A stretch of DNA of 64,000 bases from Spirochaetia bacterium (GCA_963668315.1 OY764216.1:2016001-2080000), one strand, 5' to 3'; counted from the stretch's first letter, positions 28,202 through 37,706 are shown. Notes: a model not told the origin generated them from the letters alone. Made by a program: numbers and translations.

Positions 28202-29484
28202 ACTACCACCAAATCTTCTTTCTTCGAAAGCGGAATTGTCGCATTTAAAGAGAATCCTCCGCCCGGAGCGTTGCTCACACGGATATGTCCGCCGAGATTT
28301 CCTATGCGCTCTTGCATACCCGTCAAACCAATTCCCTTGACCACATCTGCTGCACCTTTCCCGTTGTCCACCACACTGAGTTTTAGTTCATGTTGTTCAA
28401 TTAGAAAATGGATTGTTACTTCCGTGGCCATTCCATGGCGGTAAGCGTTGGTCAGGGCTTCCTGGATGGTTCGGTAAAGGGCAAAATTTAATTCCCGTGA
28501 AAAAGTGTGGGGAATATTGCCCCAGTTGATCTGTACCCTAACGCCCGTAACCTTTTGAAATATCTGCGCTATTTTATAGATGGCCTTGACTCCCTCTTCT
28601 TCGGGCATGGACATCTCCCGGGTTTTTCTGAGAGCTGTCCTGGTTTCATTCAATCCTTCCCGGGCTTGTTTTCGTGCGGTGATCAGGATTTCAGAAAGTT
28701 TTTCCGGATCATTAGTGGGAATGCTGCAGGCAGCATTGAGCAGGGCAATCAAATTGGTAAAGATATAACCGGAGATATCATGAAGCTCCCGGCTTATTCT
28801 ATTCCTTTCTCGGTCCGATGACTCATGATCAACACGTCGGGCATAGGATTGGAGATTGGCATTGAATTCTGCCAGAGCTGTCATGCTTTCCCTCTGAATA
28901 TTGAAATTCTGTTCCGTTATCATTTTGATATCGGCGTGATAAATCATCATATTGATACAGAATGAAACAACCACGAAGATGAAGATCATGACAAGAAGAA
29001 CTTCAGAACCGGCAAAGTCCTCCGGACCGAAAAAAGAGGAATGTCCGAAGACAGGATTGTAAACCTGCCCTATGATCATGAAACCAACAAATACGGCTGA
29101 AAAAATCCAGTTATATGGTCTCTGGAGTATGATTCCCGTCTCCAGAAGAAGGGCTATTCCCAGTATGAGCTTGACCGTAAAAAAACCTTCCTGCCCGTAT
29201 CCCTGTATCATTATGAGATAACAGCGGAAAAAGAGGGCAATAGCGGCAAGGTAGGTCGATTTCATAAAAAAAAGGATGATACTGAGAGAAAGGGATAAAA
29301 CGCAGAATATAAGAAAAACTTGACGAACCAGGATTGTATCGTCTGCCGGTTCCACCAGTGCGGGAGTTATATACCAGACCAGAATGTAAGATACTAGAAT
29401 TGTCACTCCGTAAAATAGAGCAACTAGTTTCCCGTGTTGCAGAGAGAGAAACAATTGAGTTTTCCTTTTTTTTGTCCCGGGCAT
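28198..29484 (-). CDS. HisKA_3-type sensor histidine kinase
   Basis: [37 protein letters not shown]; about 5 TMs. Confidence 0.93.
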   Translation of the reverse strand: MPGTKKRKTQLFLSLQHGKLVALFYGVTILVSYILVWYITPALVEPADDTILVRQVFLIFCVLSLSLSIILFFMKSTYLAAIALFFRCYLIMIQGYGQEGFFTVKLILGIALLLETGIILQRPYNWIFSAVFVGFMIIGQVYNPVFGHSSFFGPEDFAGSEVLLVMIFIFVVVSFCINMMIYHADIKMITEQNFNIQRESMTALAEFNANLQSYARRVDHESSDRERNRISRELHDISGYIFTNLIALLNAACSIPTNDPEKLSEILITARKQAREGLNETRTALRKTREMSMPEEEGVKAIYKIAQIFQKVTGVRVQINWGNIPHTFSRELNFALYRTIQEALTNAYRHGMATEVTIHFLIEQHELKLSVVDNGKGAADVVKGIGLTGMQERIGNLGGHIRVSNAPGGGFSLNATIPLSKKEDLVVV

Positions 29485-29552
29485 ATCAGGAGTATACTAC
29501 GGGAAATCTTTATGGGGGATCTTTTTTTTGTTATTTTTTGCAATCTCTACCG

Positions 29553-29636
29553 GCCACTATTCCTATCCTCGTCGTCTACCCCTTCCTGCAGAAATATTTC
29601 ATGGCAGGAGTTATGATAGGCAGCGTAAAGGAGTAG
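29553..29636 (+). pseudogene. Remnant 3' end of a carbohydrate ABC permease gene
   Basis: [27 protein letters not shown] is a canonical C-terminus of LplC/YtcP-like sugar permeases; no upstream gene body is present. Confidence 0.8.
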
Positions 29637-29637
29637 G

Positions 29638-30225
29638 TCAGAACCGGTACCCTCCCATCAGGGTCAGAGCCGGGGCGACGGTCGAAGCCTGCCCGGGGGC
29701 GGTGAATATGACGAGGAACGGCAGCTCCAGGCGTATTTCGAAGCCGTCTCCCAGGTTGTAGGCCGCTCCCAGATTCAGAATGGTTCCGCCGGTCACTCCT
29801 TCGGCCGACTGTTGCGACCCGCTCGTTCCATAGGGTTCTCCCAGGGACGAGTCGGTTTCGCTGGTCTCACGCCAGTCCACGCTGATACCGGCAACGCCAA
29901 TCCCGACGATATAGTAAAAACCGATCTGCTCCGGGACATAGTTGATGAGCCAGTTCCCCATAAGGCCGAAAACGACCAGATTCGTCGTTTCCTCATATTC
30001 GTTATAGCCGTTATCGGAAACCTCTACCGAATGGGAATAGAAAAGCTCAGCCCCCAGTTCCAGGGGATGACCCCGGTACATGGTGGGAATGATGCTCACC
30101 TTGGCTCCCACGCCCAGTCCCAAATTAAGATCAGTCCCCACACCGGCGTGAACACCCAGGGACATCTCCTCCGCCCAAAGAAAAGTCAGGGGAAAAAGAA
30201 AAAAAATAGGAAGAACTCTTTTCAT
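29638..30225 (-). CDS. Small outer-membrane beta-barrel protein
   Basis: Signal peptide, alternating beta strands, terminal GYRF; GAGGGAGG SD. Confidence 0.7.
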   Translation of the reverse strand: MKRVLPIFFLFPLTFLWAEEMSLGVHAGVGTDLNLGLGVGAKVSIIPTMYRGHPLELGAELFYSHSVEVSDNGYNEYEETTNLVVFGLMGNWLINYVPEQIGFYYIVGIGVAGISVDWRETSETDSSLGEPYGTSGSQQSAEGVTGGTILNLGAAYNLGDGFEIRLELPFLVIFTAPGQASTVAPALTLMGGYRF

Positions 30226-30304
30226 ACTTACCTCCCTCACGGTCGCAATTCCTGCAGCTGTCTGCTTTGAATTTTACGGCCGGGGGAGGGGAAATGCAAA
30301 TATA

Positions 30305-31483
30305 CTATGCCAGCAGGCGGTGAGCCTCTTCCATCAGGGGGGGGATCTCCAGCTTATATTCGCACCAGGGACTGCACTCTCCGCAGGCAATGCAGGAATC
30401 GGCCTGCAGGGCGATTTTCCCATAGGCTTCTTTCAGTCCGTCCGTATCCTGACCGAATCCTTCGGCCATCTTGTAGCGGGCCGCCAGAGCCAGTATCTCG
30501 GGAAAATTGATCTCCTGGGGGCAGGAAAACTTTTCGAGGCAGTGGGTACACTCCCGGCAGGTCCCTTCTATCAGGCCTGATACTTTGGCCGCCTCTTCCA
30601 GCAGTGCCTTCTGTTCTTCTTCGCTGTAGGGGGGGAGGGCGGATATTCTCAGATCCTCGTCCAGCTCCTCCTTGAAGCGGCAGCCCGCGTCCACCGTGGA
30701 AATATAGGGATTGGACAGGCAGAAGCGGATTCTCTTATCCGGCGAAATATCGCAGTAATCCTGGAAAATCTTCGTCCTCTCCACCATGCCGTTCCCGGCG
30801 AAGGCTTTCATATTAATCAGAGCCAGTCCCTCCTCATGAATCCGCTTGAAGAAGTTGCCGTACTTTTCCTGGTCCAGGCCGAAGGAGGGGGAAAAGAGAT
30901 TATAGGGAAGTTCCACTACCTGGAAAACGCCCGTATCAAGGGCTTCGGTTATACACTCTTCATGCTCCTGGTGGCTGGAAAAGCCAAGGAAGGTAAAACG
31001 GCCCTCATCCCGCCGCTTCAAGGCATGGGCAATCACTCCGGAACTGCTGATCTCTTCCCACCGTTCCCGGGTTATCCCATGGAAGAAGTAGACCAGTTTG
31101 ATCTCGTTCCGCCCCAGAAAAATTTTGTTGTCCGGTCCTTTCTGCAACCCCAGTTTCTCCCAGGATGTACTGATATACTCGTCAAAGGCTTCCGGGTTGT
31201 ACCCGTGCCCCTTTGTTACGATAATCAGCGGTTCGGTCAGATCGGTCCTTTTGGAAACCTCCTGGCCTACGATGATCTCGCTTTCCAGCTCGTTTCCGTC
31301 ACCGGTCGTACCGTTGTAAGCCCGGGCGGTATCGATAAGATTTATGCCCCTGTCCAATGCGTAATTTACCAGATCACGGCCTTCCTGCTCGGTCTGGAGC
31401 ATCCGTAGATTCATGGCGCCCAGACTGACCTGGGTCACCTGCAGGCCCGTTTTACCGAAGGGCCTTCTTTTTATGAGTTCCAT
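30305..31483 (-). CDS. Aldo/keto reductase with C-terminal Fe-S domain
   Basis: RPFGKTGL, GINLIDTARAY; CRECTHC...CP and CIACGECSPWC. Confidence 0.9.
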   Translation of the reverse strand: MELIKRRPFGKTGLQVTQVSLGAMNLRMLQTEQEGRDLVNYALDRGINLIDTARAYNGTTGDGNELESEIIVGQEVSKRTDLTEPLIIVTKGHGYNPEAFDEYISTSWEKLGLQKGPDNKIFLGRNEIKLVYFFHGITRERWEEISSSGVIAHALKRRDEGRFTFLGFSSHQEHEECITEALDTGVFQVVELPYNLFSPSFGLDQEKYGNFFKRIHEEGLALINMKAFAGNGMVERTKIFQDYCDISPDKRIRFCLSNPYISTVDAGCRFKEELDEDLRISALPPYSEEEQKALLEEAAKVSGLIEGTCRECTHCLEKFSCPQEINFPEILALAARYKMAEGFGQDTDGLKEAYGKIALQADSCIACGECSPWCEYKLEIPPLMEEAHRLLA

Positions 31484-31524
31484 TATTCTCTCCTTGGACG
31501 TCGATTCTTTAAGTCCTGCGCTCT

Positions 31525-32637
31525 TTAATATGTATCCCTTCCCGCCAGCTTGTAATCGGCCAGGGCAAGTTTATAAGGTATGTCTATTCCATAGGGACAG
31601 ATATTGCATTTTTCCGGTTCCAGCTTTATATCTCCCTTTACGGGAAGTTTCGCATACTCCTCCCTGGCTCTGTCCTGTGTTCCAAACCAGAAACGCAGTC
31701 TGTCTTTCAGGGCAAATTCCCCCGTGTCTTCCATCCGTCCGTTACGCATCTGCCGGTCAAAAAGACCTTCCAGCCGAAAAATGTCCCGGGCCCGGAAATT
31801 ATCGGGACCCAGATTGTCGCAGATGCCGCACTGGCGGCAGACGTAATCGCCCAGCTCGGGAGCTCCCGTTTTTATGGCTTCCATCTCTTCGGGCGTCAGC
31901 TGCCTGTGGGCATCGGCCAGATCCATATCCATCTTCACCATGGCCCGGTTGTTCATGCCGGTGACCACCACCGAAACGGGAAGGGAGAAGGCATATTTGA
32001 AAGCTTCCTCGGGATTCTTGTAGAGGAGCCCGTCCGCCAGTGGTTTCATGAGGATGATTCCCACGTTTTTCCTGTGTGCCAGGGGTACCAGTTCATCCAG
32101 CAGTTTGGGGAAATTGTTCACGTCATAATAGTTCAGCGTCGTCATGACCGCTTCGAAAGGAGCCCGGTTCAGCGCTTCGATAAGAACGTCGGGCTGGCCG
32201 TGCATGCTCAGGCCAATATGGTGGATTTTCCCTTCGGCTTTAAGCTTTTCTGCCTCCTCAAAGGCCCCGCCGGGAGCGAGGATCCTATCCAGTTCTTCCG
32301 AGTCCTTCACTCCATGCATAAGAAGGAGGTCCACATGGTCGGTTTTCAGGTTGACAAGGCTGGCTTCCAGACTCTGACGGCAGCCCTTTCCGTCCCGGTC
32401 TCCCGTTTTGGTGACAAGCACATATTCGCTTCGTCTGTGGGATACGGCCTGGCCGATTTTTCTTTCCGATTCGCCCTGGCCGTAGCTCATGGCTGTTTCG
32501 ATATAATTTCCGCCCCTGTCCAGGTATTCATTGAGGAGGACAGTCGCTTCGCTCTGCGGTATCTCGAGAAGATGAAATCCCCCGAATCCCAGAAGGGACA
32601 GTTCCAGTCCTGTGGCGCCAAAAGGTCTCTTTTCCAT
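31525..32637 (-). CDS. Aldo/keto reductase with Cys-rich C-terminus
   Basis: GGNYIETAMSYG.G.SE, VTKT, LKTDHVDLLLMH; CRQCGIC and CNICP. Confidence 0.9.
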   Translation of the reverse strand: MEKRPFGATGLELSLLGFGGFHLLEIPQSEATVLLNEYLDRGGNYIETAMSYGQGESERKIGQAVSHRRSEYVLVTKTGDRDGKGCRQSLEASLVNLKTDHVDLLLMHGVKDSEELDRILAPGGAFEEAEKLKAEGKIHHIGLSMHGQPDVLIEALNRAPFEAVMTTLNYYDVNNFPKLLDELVPLAHRKNVGIILMKPLADGLLYKNPEEAFKYAFSLPVSVVVTGMNNRAMVKMDMDLADAHRQLTPEEMEAIKTGAPELGDYVCRQCGICDNLGPDNFRARDIFRLEGLFDRQMRNGRMEDTGEFALKDRLRFWFGTQDRAREEYAKLPVKGDIKLEPEKCNICPYGIDIPYKLALADYKLAGRDTY

Positions 32638-32654
32638 AAAATCCTTCCTTTGAT

Positions 32655-33128
32655 TTATTTGATATCGGATGATAGATTGATTGCTTCAATAACTTCTTCT
32701 ACGGAAAGGCAGTTCAGAATTTTCAGATACCAGGGATAGCGGTCCTTTGTTTCGGGAAGGCGGGCATGAAGATCCATGGCAGAGAAATATGCCTTCGTCT
32801 GGTCAAGAACATCTTCAACAAGATAATTCAGGGCGGTCACCCTGTCTGGTCCGCTTCCTTTGGCGCCTATTTCGTTCAGAGTAAATGAGATGGAGTCTTC
32901 CTTCGATTCTTCGACAGGAGAAAAAATCCACTTTTTTAGGAGTATCTGGCAGAGGTCTGGGTGTATGAGTATCGCCGCCCGTGAACAGGCGCAGCGCTTG
33001 TTGTCCCTCAGAAAAATAGTTTCGTAGTGATTGGAGACCAGATCCATGACCTCAGCCTGGCGTGTGCGCATTTCCGCCATGCCGAATACTTTCTTTTCCA
33101 ATCGTTCCTGTAAATTATCCTGTCCCAT
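32655..33128 (-). CDS. Antitoxin-like protein (Phd-like N-terminus plus HicB-like C-terminus), no cognate toxin seen
   Basis: Pattern resembles the RelB_N/PHD-like antitoxin family (…SFTLNEI…ALNYLVEDV…Y…RYPWYLKIL…EEV). Recognised from memory, not by search. Confidence 0.55.
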   Translation of the reverse strand: MGQDNLQERLEKKVFGMAEMRTRQAEVMDLVSNHYETIFLRDNKRCACSRAAILIHPDLCQILLKKWIFSPVEESKEDSISFTLNEIGAKGSGPDRVTALNYLVEDVLDQTKAYFSAMDLHARLPETKDRYPWYLKILNCLSVEEVIEAINLSSDIK

Positions 33129-33144
33129 ATATGACCTCGAAAAT

Positions 33145-33174
33145 AGTATATGTCCTATATGTACATATTGTCAA
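33145..33174 (-). promoter_or_regulatory. Promoter with embedded operator
   Basis: TTGACA(33174-33169)-18 nt-TATACT(33150-33145). The spacer holds the palindrome ATATGTACATAT and tandem TATATGTCC/TATATGTAC. Confidence 0.7.
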
Positions 33175-33181
33175 GTTCTCA

Positions 33182-33290
33182 TGGGGTTCGGCTGCGGTCC
33201 GCTTCATGTCCTTCCCTCCGCCGAACCCCACCCCTCGGGCGGCGTTAACGGCCCAAAACCATCGTTGGCTGCGGGTTTTTCCGGTTTTTA
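33182..33290. repeat. GC-rich structured intergenic element (REP/MITE-like candidate)
   Basis: 11-bp stem TGGGGTTCGGC/GCCGAACCCCA (33182-33230) followed by further GC-rich sequence in an AT-rich intergenic region. Confidence 0.4.
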
Positions 33291-33302
33291 TAAATAAATC
33301 AA

Positions 33303-33338
33303 GGCAATAACGGCAGGCTTGTGCCTGACGTTATTGCC
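33303..33338 (-). terminator. Intrinsic terminator after the alpha/beta hydrolase
   Basis: GGCAATAACG.CAGGC-loop-GCCTG.CGTTATTGCC hairpin followed by a T-rich run on the minus strand. Confidence 0.7.
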
Positions 33339-33379
33339 CTGTGTTTTAAAGGCTTTATTAAATAACTTAAGAAATAATC

Positions 33380-34360
33380 TTAGGCAAGATAGGTATTAAA
33401 GAATCCTTCGATCTTCTCAAAGGGGATAATATTCTTCTGATCATAAAGATCGGTGTGGCTGGCGCCGGGAATAATCATCAGCTCTTTGTTATCGCCGGTC
33501 AGCTTTTTGTACGCATCCTGGCTGAAGTATACGGAGTGAGCCTTTTCTCCGTGAATCATGAGTACGGCGTTGCGGATTTCGTCGCTGTACTGAAGAATGG
33601 GCATATTGGCCAGGGAAAGGGGAGAGGTTACATTCCAACCGTTGTTGGAGTTATTGGAACGGGCGTGGTATCCTCTGTCCGTTTTGTAGTACTGCACATA
33701 GTCTTTCACGAAGAAGGGAGCATCTTCGGGGAGTACATCGGGAGTGGGAAGTCCGCCTACTTTCGCATAGGTACCTTCGGCGTAATCCTTTGTCCTCTGA
33801 GCGTTCAGCTGCTCACGCATGGCGTAGCGGTCGTCGGCGCTCATGGAATCGAAATAGCCGTTGGCGGTGACGCGGGTCATGTCGTACATGGTGGAAGTGA
33901 CGGTTGCCTTGATGCGGGTATCGATGGCAGCGGCGTTCAGGGCCATTCCGCCCCAACCGCAGATGCCGATGACACCGATTTTCTCGGAATCAACCTTATC
34001 CAGGGTGGAAAGGAAATCAACGGCGGCCGAGAAGTCTTCCGTATTGATATCGGGAGAAGCCACATCTCTGGGCTCGCCGCCGCTTTCACCGGTATAAGAG
34101 GGATCGAAGGCGATGGTCAGGAAGCCTCTTTCGGCCATCTCCTGGGCATAGAGACCGGAAGCCTGCTCTTTTACGGCGCCGAAGGGGCCGGAAACGGCTA
34201 TGGCGGCCAGTTTGCCGGAGGCATTTTTGGGTTCGTACATATCGGCAGCCAGGGTGATGCCGTAGCGGTTATGAAAAGTGATTTTGCTGTGATTTACTTT
34301 GTCGCTTTTGGGGAATACCTTATCCCAATCCTGTGTTAACTCTAATTTCTGATTGTCCAT
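33380..34360 (-). CDS. Alpha/beta hydrolase (YcjY-like, Cys nucleophile)
   Basis: GPFGAVKEQ, FDPSYTGESGG, GICGWGG nucleophile elbow, HTDLYD. Confidence 0.9.
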   Translation of the reverse strand: MDNQKLELTQDWDKVFPKSDKVNHSKITFHNRYGITLAADMYEPKNASGKLAAIAVSGPFGAVKEQASGLYAQEMAERGFLTIAFDPSYTGESGGEPRDVASPDINTEDFSAAVDFLSTLDKVDSEKIGVIGICGWGGMALNAAAIDTRIKATVTSTMYDMTRVTANGYFDSMSADDRYAMREQLNAQRTKDYAEGTYAKVGGLPTPDVLPEDAPFFVKDYVQYYKTDRGYHARSNNSNNGWNVTSPLSLANMPILQYSDEIRNAVLMIHGEKAHSVYFSQDAYKKLTGDNKELMIIPGASHTDLYDQKNIIPFEKIEGFFNTYLA

Positions 34361-34422
34361 TATATGGTACCTTCCTTATGGTTATTTATATTTTTTTTCA
34401 AGAATTGACTTGTTATGGTCAT

Positions 34423-34453
34423 AAGATAATATCTAGAGCTAGCTCGAGGTCAA
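34423..34453 (-). promoter_or_regulatory. MerR-type promoter/operator
   Basis: TTGACC(34453-34448)-19 nt-TATCTT(34428-34423), with dyad CTAGAGCTAGCTCGAG across the spacer. Confidence 0.75.
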
Positions 34454-34634
34454 TGGATGATTTCGATTTTTTTGAAAATTTTTCAAAAAAATAAAAAAAG
34501 AAATTGATAAAATGTTAATTAGTAAAGATATAGATGTGTTTCATTTGATATATAACGCAGAGGAAAAGGTACGGGGTTCTTTGTCTGAGATTGTTATTGA
34601 TTGAAATAATCCCATTAAAAACTTGAAAATCGGT

Positions 34635-35462
34635 CTAATTTATGAAGATTGTATGTCTCGGATCCCAGCCCTCTTCATAGCGAAAGGGGAAAGTAGGGTA
34701 ATCGCTCTTGGGGAGATCCTGCTGTATGGCGGCCCCAAGCTTTTTACGAAAATCCTCCGACTCATCAATCAGTTTTATATAGGCTGTAACAATTCTCGCT
34801 GTAGTTATGATATCGTTCATCATCCCATCTTCTGCGGTAGTTAAGATGGTAAGAATATTCTTCTCCATGGAAGCGTAAACGGTACCGTTGGAACCGACTA
34901 ACTGGAAAAGCTGATCCCTGTCATATAGAGCCTTTGATATATCATCCACTTCTCCGGGTGTAAACTGTCGTGGAAATAATCTATAGGGACATTTTCTGAG
35001 ACTGGCTCTTTCTCGTGTGGCATAAACTGTAAAATCAATGAGTTGACCCTTACCCTGTAGAAGGGGCAGAGGGAGCTGTTTGGGATTATTCCCCTGTTCC
35101 GGAGTGGTGAGTGTAAGTGTGTTCTCGACGTCAAAGGAGACTTCCTTTACCAAAGCGACAGGGGAACTCTGGGATTTGTCGTATATAATGGATACGCGGA
35201 AGTTATCATCATCGCTGACAGAGACAAATTTTTGTCTCCCGTACATGTAGTTCCACTTTTGTTCGGAATGCCATTGAACGACTAATGGAGAAAGTTTTCT
35301 GAAATTAACGGCTTGGTAGATATCTGCGGTCATGTCAAGATAAATCTGCTCCCGTATTTTCATCCCGGAAGTGTCAAACTCCCGGGAAAGGGTTTCCACC
35401 GGTACGGTCATACAAGAGAAGAGCAAAGGGAGAAGGCTTAGCAATACATACCGGATTTTCAC
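34635..35462 (-). CDS. Hypothetical lipoprotein
   Basis: GTG start after an AGGAG SD; VKIRYVLLSLLPLLFSC lipoprotein signal. Confidence 0.65.
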   Translation of the reverse strand: MKIRYVLLSLLPLLFSCMTVPVETLSREFDTSGMKIREQIYLDMTADIYQAVNFRKLSPLVVQWHSEQKWNYMYGRQKFVSVSDDDNFRVSIIYDKSQSSPVALVKEVSFDVENTLTLTTPEQGNNPKQLPLPLLQGKGQLIDFTVYATRERASLRKCPYRLFPRQFTPGEVDDISKALYDRDQLFQLVGSNGTVYASMEKNILTILTTAEDGMMNDIITTARIVTAYIKLIDESEDFRKKLGAAIQQDLPKSDYPTFPFRYEEGWDPRHTIFIN

Positions 35463-35464
35463 AA

Positions 35465-37048
35465 TTAGTCTCCTACGGTAAAGGCTTCCCAACGGGCCCA
35501 TTCCTCCCGGTAGGTTGTAGCCCAGATCGGAATATCGATCTTAGTCCGCCAATTGATAATGGGAATACAAAAGCTCAGTCCTGCAGAAAGGTCAACTCCT
35601 ACCACATGAGCAGCCGTCCCTGTTCCCTTTATGACCGGTATATACTGCCCTTCCTTTGGATTCACCGATGTTGTAAATTTGAATTCTTCCCCCGCTTTTG
35701 CTTTGGCGCTAAAATAAAGCCACTCCCAAAAGAGGATCCTACCGTCAATATAGGCTGTGGGAGTTATTGATATTGATGCTTCTCCGGAAATCTCCACGGG
35801 AAGTACCAGCGTTTCATCCGGTCCCACATAGTAAACCGTATCATTCAAAATATCTCCGGAATAATAATCATCTACGTAAGGAACTAAATAGGGTACATAG
35901 ATGGTAAACCATCCTATCCTGATTTTATGAAATCCTGTTTTTACTCCGTAATTCACTCCGACTGTGGCCGCAAAGCCGTATATACCACAGAAAGCAGCTC
36001 TATATCCCAGACTTATATTCCCCTTTGCGTTCATGGCGATGGGAAGCTTAAAACCAGCCTGAAGGGAAAGGTTAATTAAAACAGGTCCTATAATAACAGG
36101 AGGAGTTTTTCCCAGAGGAATTTCTGCGTCAAATAAATCCACACCGGCTGTTTTACAAGTTCCATTTCCATTGTTATAACTTGCTTTGGAACTGAAATTA
36201 GTATCTGTGCTAAGATAAACTGCAGGAGTTATAGTGGCTTCTATATTGCCCCAGCAAACACTCGCCTTCCCCATTATTCCAAGAGAAACTTCAACCGCAT
36301 GGTTTGTATATGATGTGCTGCCCGTGAAATTAAAATCATCGACAGTGATTTCTCCATTATTATTAGCCTCCACAATTTTTAGATATTCTGAGTCCGGAAC
36401 TTCATCTAAGATGACTTCATCATCAAGATACTTATTTAGCTTGATCATAGATTCATTGAGAAAATCATAAGTTATGATGAAAAACTTTTTCAAGGGGCCA
36501 TAACCATTTGCCGTAGCGGTACCGGTCTCTTCATTTACTATGAAATCTCCGGAGCCCTCGGAGTCACCGTCTTTATCATTTATCCAATTGCTGATAAAAC
36601 TGCTCACATCTCCGCTTACGGCTCCGCAGAATGACAGCACGTCTTCGAGATCGTCGAACGTCAACGTATATATCTTCATAAACGCCTTCCATTCGTCGTC
36701 AATCGCCCTTTTCTTTTCATTGAATTCTGCAGCCGAATCCACATTTCCTATACTCCGACTCTTTGTAAAATCGGAACGGGTTTCATAACCTTCCGGATTT
36801 TCAATAACAACACTTAGAAGAGGGAATATGGCGGATATTGGATTTTCCGGAACTTCCAGAGCGGGACAGTATCCGGGAAGTTTGTACTCCATATACGAGC
36901 GGTTTAATAAGGATAACTCATTTGCTCCCATTCCGGAAAGTTGTCCCGTAAGTTCTGTAATCTGGTCGGGAGTAAGAGGGGTGTCCCCATGTGACTCTAT
37001 CAATTCGATAAGATCGGGCTCCATAAGGTAGGTGTTAAGAGCATTCAA
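35465..37048 (-). CDS. Hypothetical protein, probably the C-terminal part of a split large lipoprotein
   Basis: 527-aa ORF without signal peptide or well-spaced SD, overlapping the upstream ORF in another frame; beta-rich C-terminal half. Confidence 0.55.
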   Translation of the reverse strand: MNALNTYLMEPDLIELIESHGDTPLTPDQITELTGQLSGMGANELSLLNRSYMEYKLPGYCPALEVPENPISAIFPLLSVVIENPEGYETRSDFTKSRSIGNVDSAAEFNEKKRAIDDEWKAFMKIYTLTFDDLEDVLSFCGAVSGDVSSFISNWINDKDGDSEGSGDFIVNEETGTATANGYGPLKKFFIITYDFLNESMIKLNKYLDDEVILDEVPDSEYLKIVEANNNGEITVDDFNFTGSTSYTNHAVEVSLGIMGKASVCWGNIEATITPAVYLSTDTNFSSKASYNNGNGTCKTAGVDLFDAEIPLGKTPPVIIGPVLINLSLQAGFKLPIAMNAKGNISLGYRAAFCGIYGFAATVGVNYGVKTGFHKIRIGWFTIYVPYLVPYVDDYYSGDILNDTVYYVGPDETLVLPVEISGEASISITPTAYIDGRILFWEWLYFSAKAKAGEEFKFTTSVNPKEGQYIPVIKGTGTAAHVVGVDLSAGLSFCIPIINWRTKIDIPIWATTYREEWARWEAFTVGD

Positions 37049-37706
37049 CGCCTCCCCTGGAACCCTCTCCGTACTTACTGAAAATAAAACGGCCGTTATT
37101 ATTTATACCCATAAGCCCGTTGGGGTAATCTCCGTTTCTATACTGTTCCTTGATAATGGAATACATCGCCGTATGGTCTTCTTCCATGGAACTTATAAAG
37201 TTCAAATAGACACAATCTTCAAGTCCGGGCCGCTTGACCACAGGAAGAGAGTAAATCAAGTCGTTGTATCCGTCGTTATCCAGGTCTATCTCCCTACCAA
37301 GACCAGTGCTACGGCTGTCAGAAAGAAGCACATTTCCCTTGCTGTCAAAAAGGATATAATTAAGGGATATGGAGCGGTTATCCACATTTTCAATCTCCAT
37401 AAGTCCGTATTTAGCTTGCTCTTCGTGGTCGGTAAAATAATAGTGATCATTCAACTCCTCATGGGTCGTATAACCCAGTCGGAAGGCAATATCGGCACCG
37501 GGTACTATAGCGCTCTTCCCCGTTTTGGACTCACTGTAGTAAAGAGCTCCCCCCATAAAGGGTAGGGTTCTTATTTCGGCAAATTCGGAATATTGGGGAA
37601 TATCCTTTACCTGATAATTATCAGAACCACTATCTTCGAATGGGAGCGAACAGGACGCTACAAGGATTGTCAGTAACAAAGGAATCTTTACTGCCTTTTT
37701 TTTCAT
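37035..37706 (-). CDS. Hypothetical lipoprotein (possibly the truncated N-terminal part of a frameshifted gene)
   Basis: GGGAGG SD, MKKKAVKIPLLLTILVASC lipobox; DLDNDGYND Ca-binding-like motif. Confidence 0.6.
   Translation of the reverse strand: MKKKAVKIPLLLTILVASCSLPFEDSGSDNYQVKDIPQYSEFAEIRTLPFMGGALYYSESKTGKSAIVPGADIAFRLGYTTHEELNDHYYFTDHEEQAKYGLMEIENVDNRSISLNYILFDSKGNVLLSDSRSTGLGREIDLDNDGYNDLIYSLPVVKRPGLEDCVYLNFISSMEEDHTAMYSIIKEQYRNGDYPNGLMGINNNGRFIFSKYGEGSRGGVECS

Noticed and set aside
29334..29552. Upstream part of the 100-aa plus-strand ORF
   Set aside because: Overlaps the kinase 5' end and its promoter; only the last 27 codons resemble a real protein.
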